Source: Zygnema circumcarinatum SAG 698-1b (taxonomy: Eukaryota; Plantae; Zygnematophyceae). From it: DNA of 64,000 nt. The DNA is taken from assembly GCA_037447605.1 (NCBI GenBank), contig CM074821.1, forward strand, positions 992,001 to 1,056,000. The letters are read 5' to 3'. The stretch's first letter is position 1. Each line of letters opens with the position of its first letter. Below the pieces are notes generated by a model, which made no database searches, was not told the origin of the DNA, and worked only from the letters and a program-made list of their open reading frames with translations. Below, piece after piece: positions 38,001 through 50,155 of the stretch. Position numbers and translations under genes: made by a program.

Positions 38001-40523
38001 GGGGAGGAGGAGAGGAGGGAAGGGGGGAGAGGGGAGGGGGGAAGGGGGGAGGGGGGAAAGGTGGAGGGTGGAGGGGGGAGGGGGAGAGGGTGGAGGGGGG
38101 GGGGGGAGGAGGAGAGGAGGGAAGGGGGAGGGGGATGAGGAGAGGAGGGAAGGGGGGAGCGGGGAGGGAGGAAGGGGGGAGGGGGGAGAGGTGGAGGGGA
38201 GGGGGAGGGGGGGAAGGGGAGGGGGAAAGGTGGAGGGTGGAGGGGGGAGAGGGTGGAGGGGGAGGGGGGAGGAGGAGGAGGAGGGAAGGGGGAGGGAGGG
38301 TGGAAGGGGGAGGGGGAAAGGTGGAGGTGGAGGGAGGAGGGGGAGGGTGGAGGGGGGAGGGGGGAGGAGGAGGAGGGAAGGGGGGAGGGAGGGTGGAAGG
38401 GGGAGGGGGGGAAAGGTGGAGGATGGAGGGGGAGGGGGAGGGGGAGGGGGGAGGGGGAGGTGGAGGGTGGAGGGGGAGAGTGGAGGGGGAAGGGTGGAGG
38501 GAGGAGGAGAGGAGGGAAGGGGGAGAGGGAGGGTGGAGGGGAGAGGGGGAGAGGGGGAGGGGGAGGAGGAGAGGAGGGAAGGGGGAGAGGGGAGGGGGGA
38601 GGGGGAGAGGGGAGAGGGGAGAGGGGAGAGGGGGAGGAGGGGGAGGGGAAGAGGGGAGAGGGGGGAGAGGGGGAGGAGGGGGGAGGGGGGAGGGGGGGGA
38701 GGGTGGAGGGTGGAGGGGGGAGGGTGGAGGGGGGAGGGTGGAGGGGGAGGGTGGAGGGGGGAGGAGGGAGGGTGGAGGGGGGGAGGGTGGAGGAAGGAGG
38801 GGTGGAGGGGGGGAGGAGGGAGGGTGGAGGGGGGGGAGGGTGGAGGGGGAAGGGGGAAGGAGGGGTGGAGAGGGGAGGGGGGAGGGGGGAAGGGAAGGGA
38901 GAAGGGGAGGAGGGAGGGTGGAGGGGGGAGGGGGAGAGGGTGGAGGGGGGAGGGGGGGAGGAGGAGAGGAGGGAAGGGGGAGAGGGGAGGGTGGAGGGGG
39001 AGGAGGGGGGAGGGGGGAGGAGGGAAGGGTGGAGGAGGGTGGGGTTGGGGGGGGGGAAGAGGGAGAGTGTGAAGGGGGGAGAGGGGGAGGGTGGAGAGGG
39101 GTGTGGGGGAGGGAGGAGGGGGGAGGGGGGATGAGGATCCTTGAAATGCTGGCGACTGAGAGTTGTTGTGTGTGATGGAGGTCTGTGCAGGGGAGTCGGT
39201 TTACGCGATTCTCAATTCGTCTCTTTCTCAGATCGCTGCAGAGAAAGAGCTGCCGTTTGTCGCTGCTCTCACAAAGGATCTCCATGTGCTTCCTGATTTC
39301 CACGGAAACAGGTGAGCTGCCACGCTTTGATCTTGTTGTATTCTAGTTCAACACTGCCCCCCAAGTTAGGCCTCAGCATGATCATGGTCAGGTTGCCACT
39401 AGTGTAATATTTGTGTATGCGTACTCCAATATAGTCATATATGTTCGCATGCAGGCATATATGCACATGCTTACGACTACACGTGTGTAATCCTGTTGAA
39501 GCGCAAGTGTGCCATTACACGTGTATGCATGTTAATGTTTCAGCTGTTTGGATTGTATACGTGCTGAACATTTATGTTCAACTGCTGCGGTGTCACGTTG
39601 CAGGTCCCCATTTTCCGATCCAGTTTCAAAGGGTGTTCTATGTGGCCTATCGCTAGATACGAGCGAGGAGAGTCTTGCTCTGCTCTACCTCGCCACCATT
39701 CAGGGCATCGCCTATGGGACCCGCCAAATCATCGAGCACTGCAATGCAAATGGCCATAAGGTAAGCTCTCTCTCTTTTTCTCTTTCTCCCTCTCTGCTCT
39801 CTTCCTCTCCTCTCTCTCTCTCTCCTCTCTCTCGTCTCTCTCTCTTTCTCTCTTACTCCCAGTTGCTTAGAATCCACTCTTAATCCCGTCGACAGCCGGA
39901 AGTACGACGCACAGCTTCTATAACATTGAACCCAAATCAAGTAATCTATTTATGAATGGAGAAGACTTGTACCAATCTGACTGGCTACCAACACAATACG
40001 GCGCCCAAACCGGCAGAAAATACAGAAGTATCTCCTTAATTCGTAGAACTAAAAGAAGAACTAGCAGCAGCAGAAACAGAAATATCAACACTAAAACCAG
40101 AAGCATCACCTACATCTAAACCAAACCTTTCTCTTCTAAAGTCTATACGAATTACAGCGACACAACCTCCAGAACTGAGAACTGTTTCCATGCCAGATCA
40201 ACACTATCATTGCGTGCGGCGGTTTGGCCAAGAACCGGCGGTACCTTGAAGAGCATGCCAACATCACCGGATGTGATGTGGTCCTACCCAGAGAGTCGGA
40301 GCCCGTCCTTCTTGGAGCCGCCATATTGGGAGCCGTCGCGGCGCGGCGCTATGGGTCCGTACGGGAGGGCATGAGGGCCATGAACGCTGTGGGGCAAGTT
40401 GTACGGCCGGAGGGGAACGCTAAACTGAAACAGTACCACGAGGCGAAGTACTCCGTTTTCAAGGCCCTCTACACGCACCAAAAGGAGTATCAAGCAACCA
40501 TGGCGGATGGTGTGTCATCGTGA
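32015..40523 (+). CDS. FGGY: FGGY carbohydrate kinase (D-ribulokinase/ribitol kinase-like); 12 exons
   Basis: Exons 32015-32102 (alternative in-frame ATG at 31976), 33031-33110, 33467-33584, 34123-34301, 34473-34555, 34843-35027, 35456-35517, 35820-36246, 36550-36669, 39191-39311, 39604-39760, 40197-40523, in phase. Motifs [91 protein letters not shown]. Confidence 0.95.
33674..33980. mobile_element. AT-rich hAT-family MITE in FGGY intron 3
   Basis: Ends tagggatgacccggttaata and tattaatacggccatcccta are imperfect TIRs starting TAGGGATG, as in maize Ac/Ds. Flanking 8-mers attggtat and aatggtac match at 6/8. Confidence 0.75.
36693..39130 (+). repeat. ~2.4 kb G/A-rich low-complexity tract filling FGGY intron 9 (36670-39190)
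   Basis: Almost no C on the + strand; T occurs mainly within GGTGGA. Recurring subunits such as gggtggaagggggagggggaaaggtggagggtggaggg. Confidence 0.95.
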
Positions 40524-41811
40524 GGGTTTAGGGTTTGTGAAGGAGGGTTGCAAAATGAGGGGGGGGAGTTGAGGGAGTAGATGTAGTTTCATTTTCCTGT
40601 GCGTTCAAATCTCGTTAAGCAGGAGATTCTTCAATTGCGTATCGCAATGTATCGTTTCATTTTAATTCTAAGGTATATCGTCAATCAGCGTTTTTGAGGT
40701 GTTTCTTAGAATCTCGTCTAGCGGTATACCTTCGAGTGTCGCTCTACGGAGTACCCTCAAATGGCGCATCGCTGTGCAGGTCAGTGAACATCATGGAACT
40801 GTGCTTTTGGTCCTTCAAATATGCGCTAGAACTGCGTTTATTGCAGAGCATGGATCGCGGTCCTCGGTTGCTCGGACGCCCGAACACGGAAAATTAGGTT
40901 TCCCTCCCTCTCTCGCTTTCCCTCCCAATTTCCCTCCCTCTCACTCACTCACTCCCTCCCCTTCCCTCTCTCCCTCCCTCTCTCTCCCTACTTGTCCCTC
41001 TCCCTCCCTCCCTCCCCCTCCCTCTCTCTCCCTCTCTCTCTCCCTCCCTCTCTCTCCATCCTTGTCCCTCTCCCTCCCTCCCCCTCCCTCTCTCTCCCTC
41101 CCTCTCTCTCCCTCCCTCTCTCCCTCCCTCGGCCTCGCCTCACCACCGGCCTCACCTCGCTCCCATCCCCTCTCCAATCCCTCCCTCGTCAAGCGATATA
41201 TCTTCCGGTAGCGTATCGCGATATATTCTCGAACACAAATAAGCTCGGTACCGTTCCGTTAAATTTCTTCGCAATTTTGACCGTTCGACCGCCTCGAAGA
41301 AAAATTCGTGCAACTGACCATTGGACATGCCACGTGGACACGCGGGAAAACTTGGACCGTCAGTTCGGATTTATGGCCGTTGGATATACCACGTCAGCTA
41401 TCGGATTCTGCTCCCAACGGCCATCTTCTCGCCACGCTATCGCGTAATGTTGGATTTCAGGGGACTGCCAACCTTCGCACCTACATAGAACATCACGCAA
41501 CTGGCAGTACCGACATCATAGATACCCTAATCAATATTCCGATATATCTCAAACGATACTATCAACATATCACGATACTTTGTCCTCTCCACATTGAAGT
41601 TCCCCCTTCTGCAGGAGCGCGGGGGATGTGCGTGCGCAGGTCCATGCCCATGCATGCATGCATGCAGGCTGCAGACATACTTACATACATATGCATGTGC
41701 ATGTCGACATAGCCTGCTTACACGCCACATAGCCGTGTCCCCGCCATAGCCAGAGGGAGGGCTTGGTTGCAGGCACAGTCGAAAACAGCTGCTTCTGAGT
41801 TTGGGAGATTC

Positions 41812-41826
41812 AGGGTTTAGGGTTTT
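41812..41826. promoter_or_regulatory. Telo-box (TAGGGTTT / AAACCCTA) in the GlnRS 5' leader
   Basis: agggtttagggtttt lies 11 bp upstream of the ATG. Telo-boxes are established elements of plant translation-machinery genes. Confidence 0.55.
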
Positions 41827-41836
41827 GGAAGTCGCC

Positions 41837-44800
41837 ATGGGAGGGCCGCAGGCGGAGGCGGCAAGCAAGGAGGCGGTTTTGGACTTGTTTCTGCGCTGCG
41901 GATTGGAGGAAAAAACTGCACAGAATGTGCTTGCCAATGGGAAAGTGACAGCCAACCTCCGCGACGTCATCACTGAGGTCAGAATGGACCCAAATTCTAC
42001 TTCCTGAATGATAATTTTCTTGACGTCTGCAAGTTTTTTTGAGAAATCTGATGTTGAAATGTTTTTAGTATTCTGACTTTTACAATTTTAGTGAAGAATT
42101 TCTCATGAATTACTTTTGTAAAGTGTCAGGGCATTTAAATGCATTGTTTCCCCCATGCCTCTCTCTTTCTCACCTCCCCTTCTCCCTCCTACTCCCTCCC
42201 CTTCCCCTCTCCCTTCACGTCCTCCCCTCCGCCCCCTTCTCCCCCTCCCACTCTCACTTCAATCACTCCCTCTACTTCCCTCTCCCTCCAGTCACTCCCT
42301 CCCTTTCTCCCTCCAGTTCTCCCCTCCCTTCCCTCTCCCCTTCCACTCCCTTCCTCCCCTCTCCCTCCCTCCCTCCACTCACTCCCTCCCCTCCACTCTC
42401 CCTCCACTCTCTCGCCTCTTCCTGTTTTTAGCATTCCAACATTTTTTGCTTAAAACCATATTGCTTGCTTGTTAAGGAACTGTAAAGTAGTAAATTGAGC
42501 AATTGTTTCTTAAGAACATTAACTGGATTATGTTTGTAGGCGAATTTGAATGGCGGTTGCGACAGGTCGGTGGGGAACTTGCTCTACACTGTAAGCGCTA
42601 CTCAGCCCCTTACTCCCCTACCTCCCTCCCCGTTTTTTCCCCTTTTCTTTATGATTTAATGAGTTTTACCTCACATATTTCTTTACTTGCAAAGACTGCT
42701 ATCAAATTTTTCATGATTTGGTCTCCTGCTCTGCAATGTTCAAGATATTCCTTCAAAATATGCTTATGCACTTTTTTGGCTAATTGTCTTCTGAGATAAC
42801 ATTTGTTGAAAAGTAAATATAGTGTTTAAATAATCCTTTCTGTTCCATTTACCTTGTTCTTTTTCCGGAGCTTCACCTTTGTTTCGCATGAACTCATTCT
42901 CACAATGTGAACGCCGTGAGAGTCTCATAAGAGCATGAGATTGTTGGCTCAATATTGGATTAAAGGAATGCTGGATAGCTGTAAAGTTTGAAGGTTAGGA
43001 ATGTGTACAGTTCCATTACAGTTTCAGTTCCAGTTTCAGCTTCCGTGCCCTTATCATAACTTTTCATATTGTTTACCAAAAAACCCGTAAACAATATTTC
43101 CTGCCTGTGCATGCACAGATTGCAACCAAGTATCCCGCAAACGCCCTAAAGCACCGACCCACCTTTTTATCATACATCACTTCACAGAAGGTATGTGGAA
43201 AGCCTTAGCCATGAAATATGTCCTTTCATATTTCCTGCAAGTTGGAGGAAGGGGCCGTACAATTTGCATTAGGGATTCGTTTGCATCGTTTGCAATATAA
43301 TGAATGCATGCTCCATTCACATATTTAGCAGTCGAATAGGATTCTGGTCTGCCCATGTTTCCATGTGAGGGATCCAAATGCTCTTCCTTAGAATATCTGG
43401 CGAATGTGGTTAACCATCGTGGCTAAGATTGTCCCTTGAATGCAGATCAAGTCCATGCCCCAACTTGACGCTGCCTTCGCCTTTATGGCAAGCGTTGGGG
43501 AAGAGGCACTGAACGAGGAAGAATTGGCTGAAAAAAGTGGAGTGGGTATGGCTTGTTAGAGACTCCAAACAGCCATACCCCTCTCTTTCTCACTTTCTCT
43601 CTCTCTCTCACTCTCTCTCTCACTCTCTATACCTCTGTCACAGCATTTCTCTTGTATTTCATCTGTTCCTGCTTCCATTTCCACTTCTTGAAAGTGGATA
43701 TCACCCGAGCGATGAAGTTTCTCATGTTGGGAATCTGCAGGAGTGGAGGTGACTCTTGAGCAGGTCCAAGCTGCCGTTCGAGACGTGATTTCAAAGGAAA
43801 AGGATCGCCTTCTTCAGGAGCGGTATAGAGTAAATGGTAATAGCTTGAGCTTCTCCCTTCACAGTTTGCTTGCTGAGCTGGACTATCATACTATTAGTCT
43901 GTTCTTCATATTGGAATTTTTTTAGCGATCGACTGGTCGAAAAAAGGCATGTCTGCCCCGAACCATTTGAACACCCAATGCTGCATTAGAACCGGCGAGA
44001 TTTTAGGGATTTTAAGCAGCCAAGAGAGTGCATGTTTTAGAGGAATTTTAGGGTTAGGAGGTTGTGGATGGTAGTGAGCGAGTGGGAGGGGTTGGGAGAG
44101 GATGGGCAGTGGGAGGATTACTTGGCCAAGTGCGAGCTCTGCAGCCATGGGCGGATGGGAAGCTGACACGGGTGAGAGACTCGGACCTCGCTATGGGGGA
44201 GAGAGAAAGAGAGGAGAGAGAGGGAGCTGGAGGGGGGGAGGAAAGGGGAGAGACAAGGGGAGGAAAGAGGAGAGAAGAGGGGAGGAACAGTGGAGAGAAG
44301 AAGGGAGGGAGAGGGGAGAACCGAAAGGAAGGGAGAGGAGTTGAAGGGAGTGTGGAGAGGAGAGCGAAGGAAGGAGAAGAGAGATTGGGGAGAGAGATAG
44401 GAGACGAGAGGGGAGGGATAGAGAGGGGAGAGGATAGAGGAGAGGGATAGAGAGGAAATTGGAGAAGGAGAGGAGACAAGTAAGAAAAGAGACAGAGAGA
44501 AGTAAGCAGGGGCTATGGAGAGTGGAATGGTGGGAGTGGGAGCTGAGTGGGAGGAGAGGAAGATGGCAGGCGGAGCTTGATACGCAGATGAAGGAGCTGC
44601 TGGGAGAGAGGACGGCGGAGGACGACGAGAAGCCCAAGAAAAAGGAGAAGAGGAAGGGGAAGGAGGATGCCCAGGTGAAGGGAGAACGAAGGGAGTGCTG
44701 GAAAGTTAAAGTTAAGGAATTTGCATGCAAATAAAATAGCATATGACTTCCTTTCCTAAAGCAGGAAGAGTGCGCAGGATAAAACATGTGGGGCATTAGT

Positions 44801-46284
44801 AACAGCTCTGCATTTCAGAATCTCTGGAAACTCCTCTCCCTCCCCGCCCCCCTCCCCCCCGCTCCCTTTTTTTTCTGTTGTCTCTTTCTCCCTTTTCCAT
44901 CTCTACACTTCAAGGGGTCATTAGCCAGAGCAGGCAATAAAGCAAAATAGAGCGTCCCCTCCCCACCCCTACCTCCCCCCCCCTTCTTTTTTTCCTTTTC
45001 CCCCCTCAACCATTTATCTGATTCTTTAGTTTCTTCTCCTCACAACTGCACAAGCCTGCAGCATTTCAAGTAGGCCAACTTTTTTAATTTATGGGGTCCC
45101 TCTTTGTAAGTTTTTTCTTGCCATCAATTTGCTAAGTAAGAAGTGAGTGGCTGTGTCTCCCTGAGTTCAACAGGATGCCAAGAGCACTACCTCGGCCTCT
45201 CCCTCCCCCTCTCCCTCTCCCTCTCCCGCTGCTCCGCCGGAGGAAGCCGATCCCTATGCTCAGTTTCCCAAGCCGGAAGACAACCTTCAGGTGATCGCAT
45301 TTCCCTTTGAAGCTTGTAGCAAGCCTGTAGACCAAGCTTCAAATTACTTGTAGTTACCTCAAAAACTCGGATACTGTATAAATATATATACATACATATG
45401 CGCATATACATGCGTGTGTATATATATAAAAATATTATTGTTTTGTTATGTATTGGAGGAGGGATTGAATGCATGGCTGGGTGCCGGCAGGTTCACACGG
45501 AAATTCACTTCAGTGGAGGAGAAATTTGGAGACCTCATAATACTAGGGAGAGGCTTGAAAAGCATCTGAAAGTGACACGTGGCGCAATCATGTCTCGCTT
45601 CCCTCCCGAACCCAACGGATATCTCCACATCGGCCATGCAAAGGCAGGAGCAACCTGACTATTCTGACTAACTACTGATTGCTTTAATTTAATGATTCAA
45701 CTGTTTTTTTTTTCTCTGAGAATGTGTTCGTTAGAAATCCCTTTTGTTGGGTCTCTATATACCTCAACATTTGACTACCAATTTTTCGCAACTTTTTGAC
45801 TCACTAGGGAGAGAGGGCTCCATGTTGACAGGCTATGAATGTGAGCTTTGGACTGGCGAGAGAGAGAGGGGGGCACTGCTACTTGAGGTAGGAGAGGCCC
45901 TTCCTCCTTTTCAGGGTTGCTAGTAGTGAAGCTCATGAAGTAGACACCTTTCTTTTTTTAATACAAACTGAATGGTTTTTAGGGTTTCTAGGCCTTTAAA
46001 ACCACCTAGGAATTTGATAATGCTTAGGTCCTTTGTGATTGATCGAAGTAATGGAGTTGTGAAAGGCTTATAAACGGTGAAGTATTCCGAAAACGGTGAA
46101 ATATTTCGAGTATTTCCCTCCTTGTACCATTATTAATTATCATATTAGAATATTACTATATTATTAACATTAGTGTGCCTGTTTCATGCAGATTTGATGA
46201 TACAAACCCTGAAGCAGAGAAGCAGGAGTATATCGACCATATCGAGGAGATAGTGAGGTGGCTCGGTTGGGAGCCTTGGAAGGT

Positions 46285-46338
<54 letters not shown>

Positions 46339-48115
46339 TGCCCGTAGGGGTTGCTGCATTCCTAGTGGTTTTGGAGCTCTCCCTCTAAAGCCATATCCTC
46401 TTGAACACATTGAGCATTACCATAGCCATAAGGACTTTTCAGTTTTGACCAACATTAGCATAGTCATAAAGCCTCTTCAGCAATTCTTCCTTATGCTCAT
46501 TTAGTGGCAAAAACATCGAGAACATGCCTGAAAACTTTGTATTATGGGTTGGATGGATACATACACTGTTATATGTATATGTACACGTGTGTATACATGG
46601 ACATGTTTCCATCATTTTATTAGTGGTTTCTTCCTTTTGGTTGGTTTCAGGTAACCCACAGTGCGGACTATTTCCAGGAGCTCTATGAGCTGGCAGTTGA
46701 ACTGATCAAGCGAGGCTATGCCTATGTAGACCATCAGGTGCCTCTCCCTCCTCTCTCCCTCCACTCTCCCTCCGCTCTTTCCCTCCTCCCTCTCCCCTCC
46801 TCATTCAACTCTACCTTCAGTATACGCTCCCCACTCGCTTCGCACCCCCCTCTACCACCCTCTCTCTTCCCCTTCCTCTCCCTCTTCATCTTCCAACCCC
46901 TCCGAGCTCTCTTCTTCCACTTCCACTTTCTTTGTCTCGTTTGTTTCTGTAGACTCTTCAATGCTTGTAAAATCTCACATGTTGGAGGACCTTAGAAAGC
47001 AAATTCAATTTTTTTGAAACTTTCAGACCGGCGATGAAATAAAAGAGTTCCGCGAGAAGAAAATGAACAGTCCATGGAGGGACCGCCCCATTGAGGAATC
47101 GTTACGACTCTTTGAAGATATGAGGAGAGGGTTGGTAGAGGAGGGGGGGGCCACTCTCCGTATGAAGCAAGACATGCAGAATTTAAACCCCAACATGTAC
47201 GATCTCATAGCCTACCGCATTAAGGTGCGTCTCTTCTCTCTCTCTCGCTCTCTCTCTCTCTCTCCCTCTCTCTCTCTACCCCCTCCCTTCCCCCCACTCT
47301 CTTTCCCTTCCTCGCCTCTCTTTCCCTCCTCCCTCCATTTTTATGCAAAACCTTCCACGATAGTTGAGTAAACAGAGGGTGAAAGGGATTGTTGGAACGG
47401 AGTAGCTCCCCTTCTTTGTCTTTTTTCTTTTCCTTTTATGAAAGTTCTGTAAACTGGTTTTTGATGTAAAACGAGCAGTTCACGGAGCACCCTCGCTCTG
47501 GACATAAGTGGTGCATCTATCCGAGCTATGACTACACGCACTGCATTGTGGACTCGTTGGAGAATATCACACACTCAGTGAGCTCTCGCACCACTCTCAC
47601 AGGCTGAAAGCTGTAGCATGACTTGGCTAAACTTAGTCAGCTAGGTTAGCATAGCTTTCATGCTATCTAAAGGATGCAAAAACTAGGAGTTTATGCAGAT
47701 TGAAGGTTCCACCACATGTTTTTTTCACTTAGTGAGGGCTTTGAACTTCTCATTTGGTTGGAAGATATCGCCATTTGGAAATGGGAACTCGTAACTATTT
47801 GAATACTTTCTGAAATATTTCCCCATTTCTCCCCTCCTGGTTTTGGCCCTTTCCCTGTCCGTCTACTCGTTATTTTTTTCTATTTCTACTTCTTTTGTTC
47901 TCTTTCTCTTTTGTTTCTTTTCTTCATATTAGATGCTGCAGAAGTTATATCTCTAACGTTTGATCCCTTTCCGGAGGGAGCAGCTCTGCACGCTCGAGTT
48001 CGAGACTCGGAGGGCCTCTTACTATTGGCTGCTGGAGGCCCTCGGCCTCTACCACCCGCACGTGTGGGAGTATGCGCGACTCAGCATCACCAACACCGTC
48101 CTCTCAAAACGCAAG
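41837..48115 (+). CDS. QARS: Glutaminyl-tRNA synthetase, eukaryotic type; 15 exons recovered, 3' end missing at an assembly gap
   Basis: Exons 41837-41977, 42540-42590, 43119-43190, 43446-43545, 43741-43836, 44110-44171, 44570-44674, 45174-45290, 45491-45643 (GC donor), 45832-45887, 46192-46282, 46651-46737, 47027-47224, 47479-47577, 47984-48115, in phase. Motifs [51 protein letters not shown]. No anticodon-binding-domain exons were recognised after the gap. Confidence 0.96.
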
Positions 48116-48139
48116 GTCTCTCTCTCTCTCTCTCTCTCT

Positions 48140-48239
48140 NNNNNNNNNNNNNNNNNNNNNNNNNNNNNNNNNNNNNNNNNNNNNNNNNNNNNNNNNNNNN
48201 NNNNNNNNNNNNNNNNNNNNNNNNNNNNNNNNNNNNNNN
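48140..48239. other. 100-N scaffold gap
   Basis: Run of N following a (CT)n tract. Smaller 10-N gaps occur at ~19508, 24929, 32233, 49576, 50072 and 60184. Confidence 0.99.
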
Positions 48240-49086
48240 CGTCTAAAACTCCTTTATAATAAAGATATCACCCACGCCAAGTTCTCCCCCTCTCTGCCTT
48301 AGCTACTTCTCCCCTTACTCACTACCTTCGCGTATGGCAGGCGGCCAGCAACCTTGGCTTGACCTGGGGAAATAAGTCACGGGACTCTGATGAGTCTAAT
48401 GTGGTTATCCTTCATAACAAAGCTAAACCCTATATACGCCGTAGGCGTGTTGCGTGGCATCTTCTTGTTGACCGATGTCGTCACGGCACGCCCTCATGCG
48501 TTCGGCCCGGCCGAATGCAGCGTTCAACATCGACTGCGGTCTTTACTTAAACCTACTTGACACCGACCTGGTCCGGTCGTCCGTGCAATTCGCCCATCCC
48601 CGGAAACATGCGTCGTTCGAGCCCTTGGAGAACTTCGTAGCCACGTCCGTGCAGCGTCTGCCGCTCCAGCGGCCTTCAATGTTAAGTTCGGCAGCGCGCC
48701 CGTACCCATTCAGCGGCCGTCGCTGACCGAAAATCTCCGTCGTCGCGTTTCAGCGCCGTTCACACTTGTCGCGTGTCTTGTTCGGTCTCCTCGTGAGATT
48801 GACACCGTCATGATCCGCGGACATATAGAATCCGGCAGCGGTTCGCCCGACGTCACCGACATCCTCAGCGCGTCACGGACGCTGACGATGGCCCGACCGT
48901 ATTTCCTAGGAACACTACTAGCAGATCTCATGTTTCCCAACTGAGGACCACAACAATGTTAGTGTGAACCCGTACAATGTCTAACTATAGCACACTAACA
49001 CTAACAAAACACACTGCGCAAATACCCTATTTACAACAATACGTCCCGTAAAACATTCAAACCAAAAATTGTCGTACATAGAAAAA

Positions 49087-49460
49087 GACACGTGGCAATG
49101 ACAAAATCAGTACGCGATATACCCCATTTTCTACGCATTCGATCCGACGAAACGCACAACCAATCAGAACGCGCGACGTGGCAACGTCAGACTCGCGGAA
49201 ATTATACCCCAATTTCATTAAATTCATCCTTCACAACCTAACAGAATCCGTACGCCACATAAAACACGCCGTCGTACGTACAAAGCGACACGTGGCAATG
49301 ACAGAATAAGTACGCGATCTAACCCATTTTCGGCGCATTCGATCCAACGAAAAGCACAACCAGTAAGGACGCGCAACGTGGCAAAGTCAGACTCGCGGCA
49401 ACTATACCCCATATTCATTAAATTAATCTTTGACAACATAATCGAACCCGTCGTACGGAT
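49087..49460. repeat. Diverged tandem duplication with a 200-bp period, each unit carrying two ACGTGGC G-box cores
   Basis: gacacgtggcaatgaca occurs at both 49087 and 49287. The units align through acgtggcaa(c/a)gtcagactcgcgg...ataccccca...ttcattaaatt. Confidence 0.85.
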
Positions 49461-49539
49461 CAAAACCACCGCAAAGCTTTTGCCTACGGCAACGCAAAAA
49501 TCGTATAATACGCATGTATTATACAGCGTATTATATACG

Positions 49540-49575
<36 letters not shown>

Positions 49576-50155
49576 NNNNNNNNNNCCCCCCCCCCCCCCC
49601 GCCCCGCGAACGGCGCTTCCGACCGTTGCGCCTGCTGCCGCTGCCTCTGCCGCGGCCACGTGGCAGCCTCTTGTCGTTGTCTTTGCGTTTTCCTGTCGCG
49701 TGTCTTGCTGCATTGCTCTGTTTTTGTTGTTTGTGCTTCTTTTCGTTTTTTGTTTTTTGTTTTTGGTTGTTTTGCTGCTGTTTTGCTGCGGTTTTTTCTG
49801 TTCTAACGTTTCTCGCCTTGTTTTCTGACATTTTCTGCCGTAGCTTGTCTTGCTGTGTTGCGTTTTCCCTTTTGTCTCCCCCTTTGCGTCTCTTCGTCCT
49901 TGTGCTTCTTCTTTTTGAGCTGCTCTCGCCTTTTATGCCCTTTCCACCCTTTTTCTGCTGTTTTTCTCCTTCCTTTCCCTTCTCCCTTCCCGTCGCCTCC
50001 CTGGTCCCTTCCCTTCCCTTCCTTTCCTTATTCCTCCACCTCTGTTTCCCTATCCCTTCCCTTCCAATCCCNNNNNNNNNNTGACCTTCGCGGCTGCTTC
50101 TAGGGCTGCGTTGTTGTGCCTAGGCGTAGTTTTCCGCTCCTAGCTTCGTTTTATT

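Noticed and set aside
36480-39303. Very long ORFs of 552-894 aa (poly-Pro or Gly/Glu/Arg) on both strands, resembling extensins or glycine-rich proteins
   Set aside because: They are stop-free translations of the G/A tract inside FGGY intron 9; the flanking exons splice in phase without them.
40524-40540. TTTAGGG-like repeats here and at ~15887, 36387 and 44047 as interstitial telomere
   Set aside because: Only one or two units each; better read as telo-boxes or chance.
40699-44796. Pro/Ser/Leu-rich or Gly/Glu/Arg-rich ORFs of 80-200 aa around the GlnRS introns
   Set aside because: They are translations of CT/GA simple-sequence tracts.
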